From the NCBI GenBank assembly GCA_951406725.2, contig OX597836.1, forward strand, positions 20,460,001 through 20,524,000: 64,000 nucleotides of DNA, in the 5' to 3' direction. Every line of letters begins with the position of its first letter. Positions within the stretch are counted from its first letter, which is position 1. The notes below the pieces were generated by a model that did not search any database, was not told the DNA's origin, and saw only the letters and a program-made list of their open reading frames with translations. Shown in pieces: positions 13,676 to 26,430 of the stretch. The DNA comes from Octopus vulgaris. Taxonomy: Eukaryota. Made by a program: the position numbers and the translations under genes.

Positions 13676-13866
13676 CGGGAAGGTTTATGAAAATAAACAA
13701 AAGACGAAGGCAGGTGGAGTACAAACAAACAAATGTATTAGTATGGCGCTCAGGAATATAAATAGAACAAGTCTTTTACGTTTTGAGCCTACGCTCTTCG
13801 ACAGAAAGATACACAGAAAAAAACAAGGAGAGAAAAAAGCGTGTAGGAGAAAAAAATCTATCATGG

Positions 13867-13870
<4 letters not shown>
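13675..13870 (-). mobile_element. Short TA-flanked repeat with hammerhead-like motif (Penelope-like terminal fragment)
   Basis: Homologous in opposite orientation to 59728-59918; contains TCTTT-CTGTCGA-A-GAGC GTAG GCTC-AAAAC-GTA-AAAGA. Confidence 0.6.
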
Positions 13871-13906
<36 letters not shown>

Positions 13907-13911
<5 letters not shown>

Positions 13912-14141
13912 CTACAAAATTAGGGAATGGAATAGATAAAATCCAGGCTACATATGTTTCATAGCTAGAAGAATCACATAAGCAGTAATAGCCCAATTGA
14001 GGAGTAATCTACTGGCCAAAGGTACCTTAATCAAATGAAGTTTACATTGTTGTCATGGGATCCTATTTCCGAGGTTCCGTTACCTAGGAAACATATGAAG
14101 CCTGGATTTTATCTACTCTATTTCCTAATTTTGGATTTTTA
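13907..14141. repeat. Inverted repeat, about 54-bp arms and 127-nt spacer
   Basis: AAAATTAGGGAATGGAATAGATAAAATCCAGGCTACATATGTTTC versus GAAACATATGAAGCCTGGATTTTATCTACTCTATTTCCTAATTTT. Confidence 0.85.
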
Positions 14142-15330
14142 TTTGCATACAGAGCAACCCTAGCTGCTAACTGCAAGCTATAAAACAATTTTTTCAGCTT
14201 ATCGAACTTTGATATGGGAAAAATTTACATCCTTCTACATCAATAAACCACTATTGTTCCTGAAAGTTGTTTTTTTATACCTTCCACAGACTGCTTGAAG
14301 CCTACTAACTTCCTACACCTTGATCGTTGGCTTTTACCTTTACACATACATACATACATATATATATACATATATAAATAAAAGCACCAGGGTAAGTGAA
14401 TTTGGTAAACAGCAACTGGAAAAAGTTCCTCATATTATGTGTGTAGGTGCAAGTGTATGACTATGTCTATCTTGACATTGCATGATAGTTGTGAGCATCA
14501 CTGTCATAGTGTTATTCACTTCCAATATTCTGTGAAAACATGTCTGGTCATGGGAAAATATATCTTGCTTGGAAACAGGTGTGGGTTGGTAAATGGAAGG
14601 GCATCCAGCCATTGAAAATATGCTTCAATAAACTCCATCTGATCCATTCTGGCATGGAAAAGTGAATGTTAAAATGGTGATGATGATGTGAATATATGGG
14701 TATATCTATACATGTCAGATTGCTCAGGTTGCTCAACACTGCTACTGGTAACATATAAGCCAGTCCTGTTGACTAAACTCCTACCTCCACCAAGCTAGCT
14801 CAGTGAGAAAGGTTACTAAAAACCCAACAGAATGGAAACAATACCAACCAAAGGGACAATCGAACTGTGTAGGGTCTACAGCTATCTTAAACATTCTATG
14901 TTGATGTCCAGTATGCTGTAAGTCAACTGGGTAGGAGACACCCCTTAATTCCCATTAAGGTATGTCTCTACAAGGTGACCTCAAAATAAAACCCAAATAA
15001 TGCTGTTTAGGGAAGTCATGGCACACTGTGCAGCATTCTTTTGTTATTTCCCCAAAATATGTGGCTGGTCCTACACAAGCCCCAACCATTATTGTCTCTG
15101 TAGTCTAAAAGTTCAGTTTAGTTCTGCCAAAAGAAGAAATATTTCTGGTGAGCTGTTGGAAGTTCATTCATCAAAACATTTGCCCAAGGTGCTTCCAGTA
15201 GGACTGAACCTGAAACCACATGGTTGGAAGTGAATCTCTTAACCACATAGCTATGCCTACATACACATGGATGAAGAAAAAAAATAACCAAACACGTTTT
15301 TGTATATAAGGTGTGTTAGCATGTAATTTT

Positions 15331-15362
<32 letters not shown>

Positions 15363-16109
15363 TATATATATACATATATACTATACATATATATACATAC
15401 ATATAATATATATATATCTATACATATATATACATACATATAATATATATATATATATATATACATATATACATATATATATATTTTTTTCTAGTTTCAG
15501 CTCAGAGCTGTGGCCATGCTGATGCACCGCCGTTATATATACATACATATAATATATACATACATACATACATACATAAATACATACATATTTATACATA
15601 TGTAACTTGTAATTTAATAGCCACTTTGCTCCAAACTTTACAATACTTCCTCTCCACACAGTTTTAATAGCATGTTTTAAAGAGAAAACATGTTTTATGA
15701 AGTTACAAAGAGAGTTTTACAAAGAAAAGCTAAACTCAAAAAATTTTCTGAATTTCATCTTTGATGTTTTAGGGCCAATATCGCTGGTAAGAGAGAAACA
15801 ATTTGGATTGTACACATAGAAATATGAATGAATGGACTGCTTTTGGTTTGAACTGTCTTTGGCTATTTTTATGATATGAAGTTTGAAGAAGACTTTAAAA
15901 TATCAAGGAGTGTACTTTTAAGTTTCTTTTAAATGGCAGTATAGAAGTGGTTTCTCTTTCATGTGAACTCTAATTACTACTTGGATAACAAGATTAAGTC
16001 ACGTTTTTGTTATTAATTTTTTGTTTTTGTGTTAGTTTCTTTTAATATTCAAATCGCAAAAATTGTGAGTAAATAGCACTAATTACGTTTGGATAGCTAA
16101 ATTGAATCA

Positions 16110-16140
<31 letters not shown>

Positions 16141-16329
16141 CAGATATGTCTTCAAAGAAAAAGAAATTCTTTGCCGTTGTGGATATTAAAAACAATTTTT
16201 TTGCTTTTGGTGCAACATACACAGCTTATTCTAACATTCAAAAGCTACCCAAATAAAAAAAAAAAGACGAAGAAGAAAGTCCCTATTTCTTTAGAACTTC
16301 TCTAAAGAAAATACCTCTATGTTTTCCAG

Positions 16330-16570
16330 AAAACTGGTTCTACTGTGGCAAGGAGCAAAGGAGCTAGTGAACTTAGGACTAAACTACAAGAACAGATGAA
16401 AGAAGAATAAAATTTTTTAGTTCTTCAGGAAATAAAAAACCGACAGCAACTATCAAGAGAATTTATAACTGGTGGAAACACAGCTGGTTCCAGAAGGACA
16501 ATTATATGAAGACTGAAAGAGGTTGGTTTTGTGACTTGCTATAAAGCCTTTGTTAAACAAGGAAAACAGG
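16330..16570 (+). pseudogene. Decayed Tc1-type transposase N-terminal fragment
   Basis: Fragments read SRRTII*RLKEVGF and KPLLNKENR, typical of the second Tc1 HTH region; interrupted by stops and frameshifts. Confidence 0.55.
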
Positions 16571-17361
16571 CACATTTAAATAACAACTACAAGAATAGTT
16601 ATATTGAATGCTATAGTCCTTGATATACAGAAAGACAGGAAGCTCACAACTGAGGCACTTTTGGTCATAGGCCTACTCAAACTGGACAGACCTGGGGCTA
16701 AACAATGATCACAAGGAACAGCTACAAGAAAAGTCACATAGAGTAAGACTGTCTGATCCAGAATCTGATTAAGAAAGGACCAAAAATGATTGCAGTTGGC
16801 AATATACTGTGGAGGGGAAGACCTATCCAATACATGCAAGTATGAAAAAACATATATCTGATGATGGTGAATATGATGCCACGCAGTCAAAAAGATAGTA
16901 AGGTCACAGGTGAGCACCTTTGATCATAGGCATAGACAATCAGGATAGACCTAGGATTAAACAACATCTATAACAACCCATATATTTATATTTTATCAAC
17001 AATTTCTTTCAAGAAATAACTCAAATAATAAACCTGAGTTGTCTCCTAGTGGGACAGCTATTACAAAGGGGATAATCATTTCTTCATAATATTAGGTGGG
17101 ATGAGAAATTTGAATCTGAAATTAAGGAATAAGGAAAGAGATGCATTGAATACACAGATTTAATCTTTTTTTCTCTTTTATTATTTATTTGCTTACTTAT
17201 TACAAAGTTCTTAAAATCTCTAGTCACTGGTAATCATGTATAGCACTATTTCATTCTTTATAAAAAATCTACAGCATGACATAACCTGAGTATATTAATT
17301 AAACACTTTATGAAATGAGATATTTCATATAAATAGAAAATAATTATTTATATAAATATAT

Positions 17362-17493
17362 AAATGTTGAAGTGAATCTAACGATTTTTGTGTGTTTCTT
17401 AAATGGCTTATAAACACCTTCCATGCTGCAATTGTTTTCGTTCCAGCACACGATCTCAGATCAGGTCACTTGCTATGCAAGTACATCTCCGTA
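17362..17493 (+). mobile_element. Single-arm copy of the element at 41226-41559
   Basis: AAATGTTGAAGTGAATCTAA...CTTGCTATGCAAGTACAT, near-identical to 41437-41560. Confidence 0.8.
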
Positions 17494-18169
17494 AGAAAAT
17501 AATTAATTCTGAAGAAATTTATAGAATGTGCATTTTTCTTTTCTGCTTTTCTTAATAGTGTGTTAGTTTATCAATCAAGAGAAGAGAGAGAGAGAGAATT
17601 TTGAGTGTGTACATTAAGAATAACTGTTTCCAGGGAATTCTACACTGTGGAAATCCATATTTTCCACAAAATTCCTGGCTAATTTTTTAACAGAATTACC
17701 AAATTTTTGCACTCAATACTTGTTTTAGATTTTGTCCTTGTCCACCACACGTACATTAAGTCTAGGACATGCAAAAAGAAACCAATGACAGATGGCTTCA
17801 ACATGGTCCCTCTACTGGCTAGAAATACCAACCAAATCTCCCCAAAATCACACATTACTATTTTAAAAACAGGAAAATATTTAGATGGGATGGTCACAAT
17901 GGAAGATCTCTAATCATTGGTCTGCATGGTCAGTGCTGATTAAGGGTTAAACAACAACAGTACCTATTAGGTACCAAAATATTTCTGCAAAAAATGACTT
18001 CATATCAAACTGATCTTGTTGAAATCTACATTTTCCACAGATTGTCTGTCGAAGTTTGTGTATCTGACATTCACTACAGCATTTTAGGTTTCACCCTCGC
18101 CCACCACTCAAACGTTCGGTGCACTTTGTGTCAATAATTTTGTAAATAAATGGATTTAATCAAACCTAC

Positions 18170-18244
18170 CTTGTGGTAATCAACATTCTCCACTGAATGT
18201 CTGTCTATCTCCAAGATCTGATCTCCAACACTCAACTGGCCATC
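18170..18244 (-). CDS. MPDZ: MPDZ-like internal exon (PDZ9 middle)
   Basis: ttctag|GAT GGC...CAC AAG|gtaggt, 75 nt. DGQLSVGDQILEIDRHSVENVDYHK. Confidence 0.93.
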
Positions 18245-18280
18245 CTAGAAGTAGCAGCAGAAAAACACATATAAATATGA

Positions 18281-18313
<33 letters not shown>

Positions 18314-18383
18314 CATTTATCTATCAATAATAATCTTTTGATGATATCATCATCAAGATGCTAATAATGGCAGTGATGAAACA

Positions 18384-18438
<55 letters not shown>

Positions 18439-18569
18439 ACAAAAGAATGTTTAATGAAGAGATGGTGATGATGGAATTTGTTGTGCTGGTGTTGATGATG
18501 ATGATGATGATAATGATTATTATAAAGCAGTAATGAAAGGAGAATGAGTGAAGGAAAGAGGGACAGAAG

Positions 18570-18618
<49 letters not shown>

Positions 18619-19587
18619 GTAGTGGTAATGGCAGAAGAAGCAGTAATATTGGTACAAGTCTATAATATATCTACCTACATGTAAGAAATTAGTGGGAATG
18701 ATATTGGCAACCAGTAACAAAGTTTTCATTTTTCTTTTGGCATGAGCAAATATTGTATAATTATTTTCATCCACAGAGAGTGGGAGAAAAGATAAAAAAT
18801 TATATGTATTTGTGTGCATAAACACACACACACATATGTATATATATATTTATACATATATGTATATATATATTTATACATATATGTATATATATATTTA
18901 TACATATATGTATATATATATTTATACATATTCATACACACATAAATGTATATATGCACACACATATGTGTCTGTGTGTCTGTGTGTATACTTACACACA
19001 TATACATATATACACGTGTTTATGCACATATAGATACATACATACCAATGTACCCATAGGCATGTATATTAAACATACATACATGCACACACATGTACAC
19101 AGAGGTATGTATATACATACACATGTATGTAAAAGAATCTAGAAATATGTAAATGTATGATTTATTACATGAAAAAATGTTTATATTACAAAGAAAAAAA
19201 CAAAAAAAAACAAAAAACAAAACAAAACAAATACAATACAACCTACTACAAAAAAAAAATTTTAAATGATGCTATTTACAATAATCTGACTACACCAGCA
19301 CATTAATAAAGCGTCAGAGTAGAGACAATGTCATCTGTAAAGCAAAACATATGAAGTTGTGCAAAAATCTTTTGCTGTGTAAAGTATTTCCTGTGATAAA
19401 AAAATGTGATGCACTGAATGTGTAAATAGTAAATATAATTAACACTAAAACAGCCATCTGTATATCATACTTAATGTATATAAACAGTTGAAAGGCCAGT
19501 TACTGCAGTATTTGTCCTGAGATAACACACAATATTTATTTATTCAATTACATATATCAGACAATTAATGCTGTAAGAATAAAAGTG

Positions 19588-19768
19588 TCATCATCATCAT
19601 CATCATCGTTTAACGTCCACTTTCCATGCTAGCATGGGTTGGACGATTTTGACTGAGGGCAGGCGAACCAGATGGCAGCACCAGGCTCCAATCTTGATCT
19701 GGCAGAATTTCTACAGCTGGATGCCCTTCCTAACGCCAACCACTCCCAGAGTGTAGTGGTTGCTTTTT
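19588..19768 (-). mobile_element. Family C 3' fragment
   Basis: (TCA)n then TCGTTTAACGTCCACTTTCCATGCTAGCATGGGTTGGACG...GGATGCCCTTCCTAACGCCAACCAC. Confidence 0.8.
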
Positions 19769-21082
19769 AAGTATAATTATTGATTTATTAACTACATTAT
19801 TTTAAGCAACTAACCATTTGTGTACACATTAATTTCTTTATGTACTGGTTGCAAAACGAGCAAGTGCATACATGCACAGAGCTTGAAGGAATAAACCCTT
19901 TCACAAATTACACTCGTAAGTATCTAATGCTCCCCATACCAAAAAAAAAAAAAAGTCCAAGGACATATTATATAATGGGGTTCCTAGATGCATTGTACCT
20001 GAAAATAAGACAGGACTGTCATGACTAGAGAACTTATGATCATAGATCTATTTCATAAGAGCTGACCTGAGGTCACTGAGATGGTAGGAGAAATGGAAAG
20101 AAGATACCAAAACTGATGGGATTGGTGTAGCAGGAAGCTGTGAACTGTGATGTTGAGTCCTCTGTCTTTAGTTTAGATTAGAAAATAGGGTCTGGATGTT
20201 TGGAACTGAGTGGACAGCCAAGTACTTAGTTGTGGTGTTAATCTGGCTGAAGGATTGACCGTGCTAAACATCTGATGGGCTTCTGAACAGTTTTCATCTA
20301 CCAATGTTACTAACAAGGCTTGGTGTTGAAAAGTGTCAACCTTAGACATAGCAAAAGACCATTCCCCAGGGTATCATAGAGTGGGATTGAATACACAAAT
20401 TAATCATTATCATTCCATGCTGGCATGTGATGGATGGATGGATGGATCATTATGGCTGAAATCAGTTCCCATTCAGGGTTATTGCCTACCTAGCATGATT
20501 GGGGGATCACGTTTCACTCATTTTGTTTTACTTCTTAAACCAATTACTTTACAGAATGTATTGGGTTCATTGTTATGGTAGTGTCAGCACCAATGAAGTT
20601 GCTTTCTATCTTGCATGACAGAAGGGGATCTATACAGTTTTTTGTAGCCTCTGTCCATTCAGAGCAGTTAGACCAATAGAGAGGGCAGAAGAGAGGGCAA
20701 TAGCAGAAGTTGAATGAGAGAGAGAGAAAGAAAGAGAGGGAGAGAAAGGGAGGGAGGGAGAGAGAGAGAAGGAGGGAGGGAGCGAGAGAGAGGGAGAGTG
20801 CAGGATGAAAAGAGTGAATGTGAACGTGGACCAATTGCCACCAAGTGATGGTTCTACTTTCTCTGGAAGCAGACATAATTTCAATAAATCAATAATTTAT
20901 TTTGTATTTTATTTAATACACCTTTATTCATTTTTGCTGTTCAATTAAATGCCAGTGTCTGCTCTGAATTCCTCATAGCTCATGTTCATATCATTTATAT
21001 AAATTATCTCAGACATGTGTTCTACTCTTTTTTTGTAAAATTTTTCAGTATTTTATCTGATGAAGATAAGTTAGGGCTATTG

Positions 21083-21123
21083 ATGTACTGATGATGCCTA
21101 CTGAGACAGAAACATATGTCCAT
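21083..21123 (+). ncRNA. Minimal type-I hammerhead ribozyme motif (weak stem I)
   Basis: CTGATGA-TGCC tactga GACA-GAAAC-ATAT-GTC-CAT: intact core and GUC triplet, one mismatch in stem II. Confidence 0.5.
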
Positions 21124-22213
21124 GGCTGCCCTCTTTTTTTCTCAATGAGATTATCTTCCCTTCTCATTTGGTGTTAGTAGCAGTTGCCACCAAACAATTG
21201 CTCTACCTTCTCTGAGAGCAGAGACAATTTCAGTAAATCAAGAATATATTTTGTATGGTATTTAATATATCTTTAGTCTTCTCTGTTATTCAAATACAAG
21301 CCACTAGCTTATATACACAAACATAGAACTATATGTGCATGTATATGTATGTTATATATTATGTATGCATATATATTTGCACATTCAACACACACACACA
21401 CACATGCATAGAGGATGTATGTATAAATATATAGTATACGCACAGCTAAATATATATTTATGGATGTATGAGTGTGTGTATGTATGTACACTTACACATA
21501 CATACAAATAACGTGTTTAGTCAAACTGAAATCTCAAGTTACACTACATAAGATCAAAAGTTTAAAACCCATCGTCTTTCCCCTGTGTATACTCAACTAA
21601 GTGGAAACTAATCCCTCTCTTCTTCTCTCCCTAGCTCCTTCACTCATACACACACACAGTATTAAACAAAATATTATTTGTGTGCGTATACCATATGCAT
21701 GTATGTATGATGTGGTGGGTGCATGTGTGTGCATCTCCTCGACTGTTTTGGGAATTCAAATACATTTGTTGCTCTCAAAATGTTCAAAATCTCTGAAGCA
21801 ATAACTGTTATTTGCTAATGTAACATTAAGTCAAGATAATTGTGTACCAGATTACCTCCAACTACTTTTATGTAGAAAATTACTCTAATTACATTATTGG
21901 AAGATGTTATCTTCATTTCTGTCATTAACAGGAACCTCCACCATGAGGACGAGGATAAAAATGAGGCTGATGATGATGACAACAAAATAACAACAGGATT
22001 GAATTCTTTCACTGACACAAAACCAGATGATGATGATGATGATGATGATAGCGATGATGATCATTTCTGATTTAGGCACAAGGCCATCAAATTTTGAGGG
22101 GAGGGGATTAGTCAATACTGCTAACACCAATACTTGACTGTCTTTTTTTTTTTTACTTTGGCCAATTTAATAAACTTGACCACTTGTATGGACGTATTTT
22201 GAGGTACCTCAAC

Positions 22214-22850
22214 AGGCACAAGCATGGCTGTGTGGTAAGAAGCTTGCTTCCCAATCACATGCTTCCAAGTTCAGTCCTACTGCACTGCATCTTGGGCAAG
22301 TATCTTCTATTATAGCCCTGGGTCAATCAAAGCCTTGTGGGTAGATTTGGTAAATGGAAACTGAAAGAAACCCATGTGTGTGTGTGTGTGTGTGTACCTT
22401 AGAGTTTGTATGATTGTGTACAGGTAAATACAGAAGTCAATGAAATTCCAAGAGTCTGACTTTTGTTTTATTTTTGTATTTTTCCCAATTTTACACAAAG
22501 CATGAAAGTACTTGTTTTATCATGGTATGTAATATGGAATTATAAAATTGCAAAAAATATAAAAATAAAACAAAAATCAGACTATATTGGAATTTCATTA
22601 ACTTGTATATATGTGTGTGTGTGTGTTTATGCTTGTCTCCCACCACTACTTGATAACCAGTGTTGGTTTATTTATGTCCCTATAGCCTAGTGGTTCAACA
22701 AAAGGAGACCAATATAATAAGTGCCAGTTTTTAAAAAAAAAAAGTACTGGGGTTGACTTGTTCAATTATATATAGTTGAACGAAGGCAATGCCCCAGCTT
22801 GGCCACAGTCTTATGACTGAAACAAGTGAAAGAATAAAAGAATATAAAGT
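22214..22850 (+). mobile_element. Family A SINE (old) interrupted by a foldback MITE
   Basis: Head at 22214-22370 and tail at about 22630-22850, split by 22431-22605. Confidence 0.7.
22431..22605. mobile_element. Foldback MITE, about 62-bp inverted arms, TA-flanked (Tc1/mariner-like)
   Basis: TA|CAGAAGTCAATGAAATTCCAAGAGTCTGACTTTTGTTTTATTTTTG ... AAAAATAAAACAAAAATCAGACTATATTGGAATTTCATTAACTTG|TA. Confidence 0.7.
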
Positions 22851-23097
22851 AGTACTTCATTCTTATCTTTCTGTACCTCTCAAATATTGACTGTGAGTTA
22901 GCAAGAGAGCTAATATTAGGTCACTTAATTTTCTTAAATACAGAGAGACATTAATGAAAAGACTGCCAGTAGACATCTACTGAAGAGTGAAATTATCCAA
23001 TGATGTTAACTGAAAGAGACTGCATAGTCTTACATTTATGTTGCTCCTGAAAAATAAATGTAGGTTAGTCATGACTGGAGTGTTTCTGACCTTAAGT

Positions 23098-23150
<53 letters not shown>

Positions 23151-23153
23151 TAA

Positions 23154-23515
23154 CTAGCACTATGACCCGGCGTTGCTGGGTCATAGTGCTAGTGCATGCA
23201 TATACAGCTGCGTGCGTGCACACATACACGCGAGTACTGTCCAAATCTCCGACCAATCACATACAGCTAGCTGGCATTCAATTGGCGTATCAAGTTTCGG
23301 GCATTTTGATTGGGTTTTGGATAGAAAATTCACAAAAAGTCATTTCTATTGATTTTTAATGGCTTTGCGGGGTGACTGGGGAAATGTAAAGATGTGCATG
23401 ACCACCCTTGGACGGTTTTGAATGACCATAGAAAGTGTGAGCCCTCTAACTGAAAATTTGTGGATTTATATAAAGGACACACACACAGACATTTTGCTGT
23501 TTATATATATAGAGA
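23154..23515 (-). mobile_element. Non-autonomous Helitron (second subfamily)
   Basis: A|CTAGCACTATGACCCGGCGTTGCTGGGTC hairpin terminus; other end ...GTTTATATATATAGAGA|T, which is 5'-TC on the minus strand. Confidence 0.72.
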
Positions 23516-23933
23516 TAATAATAATAATAATGGTTTCAAATTTTGCCACAAGGGCAGCCATTTTGGGGAGGGGACTAGTCGATTACATCAACCCCAGTAT
23601 TTCACTGGTACTTATTTTACTGATCCCGAAAGGCTGAAAGGTAAAAATCAATCTTGGCAGAATTTGAACTCAGAATGTAGCAACAGGTGAAATACTGCTA
23701 AACTGGAAGAATTGTTAGCTTGCTGGACAAAATGCTTAATGGTATTTCGCCCATCACTATGTTCTGAGTTCAAATTCCACTGAGGTCAACTTTGCCTTTC
23801 ATCCTTTCCGGAGTCAATAAATGATGTAATTGACTGATTCCCTTCCCACAAAAATTGCTATCCTTTTGACAAAATGTGAAACCAATAATAATAAGAACAA
23901 CAACAAGAACAAGAACAACAACTGTATACAAAC

Positions 23934-24026
23934 CTGAGAGGCAGGACCACTTGGTGCTATGGACTTCACAAATATACCTGGTTTTGTTTTGCCTTCCATA
24001 ATTGTAAATCCCAAACCAGCCAATCC
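23934..24026 (-). CDS. MPDZ: MPDZ-like internal exon (PDZ9 GLGF loop)
   Basis: tttatcaag|GGA TTG...TCT CAG|gtttgt, 93 nt. GLAGLGFTIMEGKTKPGIFVKSIAPSGPASQ. Confidence 0.92.
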
Positions 24027-24286
24027 CTTGATAAATAAATAAATAAAAAAAGAATTAAATTACGCATATAAATGCATTTTTGCAATTTCATTATTAAAAT
24101 GTGTAAAAACAATTAAAGAAAAACAACAATCAAACTCAAACAATAAAAGAATTTCAGAGAAATTTAACTTTTAGGAATCTCTCTAATTCTCTCTCCCTTT
24201 TTTTTTGACGATATTGTGATGTTGTAGCTTGAAGATATTGTGTGTACCAGGGATTTGTACTGTCTCTCAAATCACAACAAAGAACT

Positions 24287-24735
24287 CAGACAGACAGTGC
24301 TTTATGTAGTATGAGTGCAGTTCCAAGTAAAGCTGATTTTTGCAATACACCAAGATAGGGTATTTCTGAAGTGCCCAGGTGTCTCTTCAGGTTTGGTGGT
24401 ATTGAAGGCGGTGAGCTGGCAGACACGTTAGCGCACCGGGTGAAATGCTTAGCGGTATTTCGTCTGCCGTTATGTTCTGAGTTCAAATTCCGCTGAGGTC
24501 GACTTTGCCTTTCATCCTTTCGGGGTCGATAAATTAAATACCAGTTACACACTGGGGTCGATGTAATCGACTTAATCTGTTTGTCTGTTGTTGTTTGTCC
24601 TCTCTGTGTTTAGCCCCTTGTGGGTAGCAAAGAAATAAGTATTGAATCCAAGGTTCCAATGACAACATGGACAACCTTTATGTTTGACTCTCACAGCTGC
24701 TACAACTTGACGATCTCAATATTTCTCAATCTTTT
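24287..24735 (-). pseudogene. 3' end of an RLE-type (R4/Dong- or NeSL-like) non-LTR ORF, split by a SINE
   Basis: With the SINE removed, the minus strand reads NIKVVHVVIGTLDSIPPNLKRHLGTSEIPYLGVLQKSALLGTALILHKALSV*, resembling the 'V.IG.LG....QK..LLGTA.IL' C-terminus of RLE elements. Confidence 0.7.
24407..24638 (+). mobile_element. SINE family B (Meta/MESC-like core GCCTTTCATCCTTTCGGGGTCGATAAA)
   Basis: Full length; TSD GTATTGAA at 24399-24406 and 24639-24646. Confidence 0.9.
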
Positions 24736-24834
24736 CTCTTTCTTTCTTTTAGAGAAAAGGTCAATAATAATTATTATTGTTGTATAAATGAGTGAAAGCA
24801 TATGGTGTAGAGGTTTAGGTGTTAGACAGATATC

Positions 24835-25069
24835 TATTTCTTTACTACCCACAAGGAGCTAAACATAGAGGGTACAAACAATGACAGACAAATGGATTAA
24901 GTCGATCACATCGACCCCAGTGCGTAACTGGTACTTAATTTATCGACCCCGAAAGGATGAAAGGCAAGGTCGATTTTGGCAGAATTTGAACTCAGAACGT
25001 AACGGCAGATGAAATACAGCTACACATTTTGCCCGTCGTGCTAACGTTTCTGCCAGCTCGCTGCCTTAT
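24835..25069 (-). mobile_element. SINE family B
   Basis: Full length; TSD TTAGACAGATATC at 24822-24834 and 25070-25082. Confidence 0.9.
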
Positions 25070-25340
25070 TTAGACAGATATCATTAAATCATGGTTTAGT
25101 TCTCAGACTAGGTGATGTATCGTGTCATTGGGGAAGGAATTTTGCTTCATATTACTTCAGTGTACTCAGCTGATAATGAGTACTAGACATAGCCACTGGG
25201 GGTGGGGTGGGTAACCACCTTTTCAGGGTGGTGGCGTCACGTACTCTCAGTTACTTAAACATCTCAGCAACTAGAACAAGCTCTGTAGACTTAATAGGTT
25301 TGAGAGAGGAAGAGAGGGAGGAGAAAGGAGAGAGGGAGAA

Positions 25341-25410
<70 letters not shown>

Positions 25411-25731
25411 CATTAACTTTTAATGCAAATGAAGTGAAGTGGCACCAAGCGAAAACTGTGTCAAATTCAGTTAACAAAATTAATTGATTGGGAATTGAAC
25501 CATAAATACTAGTCTCCATGGACATCAATAAAAAAAAAAAAGTCAGATATATATTACTAAAAGCTGGCATTCATTCTCCTTCGTCTTCTCTTCTCTCTCT
25601 CTGCATCTCTTTTATTCCTTTGTATCTTCTATCCAAGATATTTTGATTTAATTTCAATAATTTTTTTTTAGAAATGTCGAAGATGAAAAAATATATTTAT
25701 ATAGGCATAATGACTCTCCCTAGACACAAGA

Positions 25732-25778
<47 letters not shown>

Positions 25779-25804
25779 TATATGTATATATATACATGTA
25801 TATT

Positions 25805-25840
<36 letters not shown>

Positions 25841-25897
25841 CATACATATATACATATATATATATACATATATATATATATACATATATATATATAC

Positions 25898-25972
<75 letters not shown>

Positions 25973-25979
25973 CACACAG

Positions 25980-26013
<34 letters not shown>
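25732..26013. repeat. (TA)n/(TACA) microsatellite
   Basis: Direct reading. Confidence 0.95.
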
Positions 26014-26020
<7 letters not shown>

Positions 26021-26430
26021 AAGGAGTTCAAATCTATGCATAGAAATACACCCATCATTTTTTCTTTCTCTCTCTTTATTCTTATTTTTGACTACTCTTT
26101 CATCATCACATTTTATTCTTTTCATTCGCAATACAGAAAATATATATCGCAAAACATTTATCGTATAAATATATAAATGAAAACTTACACAAAACATGTT
26201 TTAGAAAAGAGGGAAAAATATGAGTGAAGAAATCTTGCAGAATAATATATTATAATTCAAAGCATTTTTTTGTTGTTGTTGTTATATAAAAGATGTGAAA
26301 AAAGCTGTGCTTATAGGTAGATTTCTATTGAAATTTTAAAATCTTGTGAACCATTTCCATAAAAGTATAAAATATCTGTCTGTCTGTGCAGAGAGAGAAA
26401 GACATAGAAAACTACACACACATATAGAAA

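Noticed and set aside
15770-15930. Possible Harbinger nuclease N-terminal remnant (FEEDFKISRS)
   Set aside because: Similarity is too short and degraded to support a call without a search.
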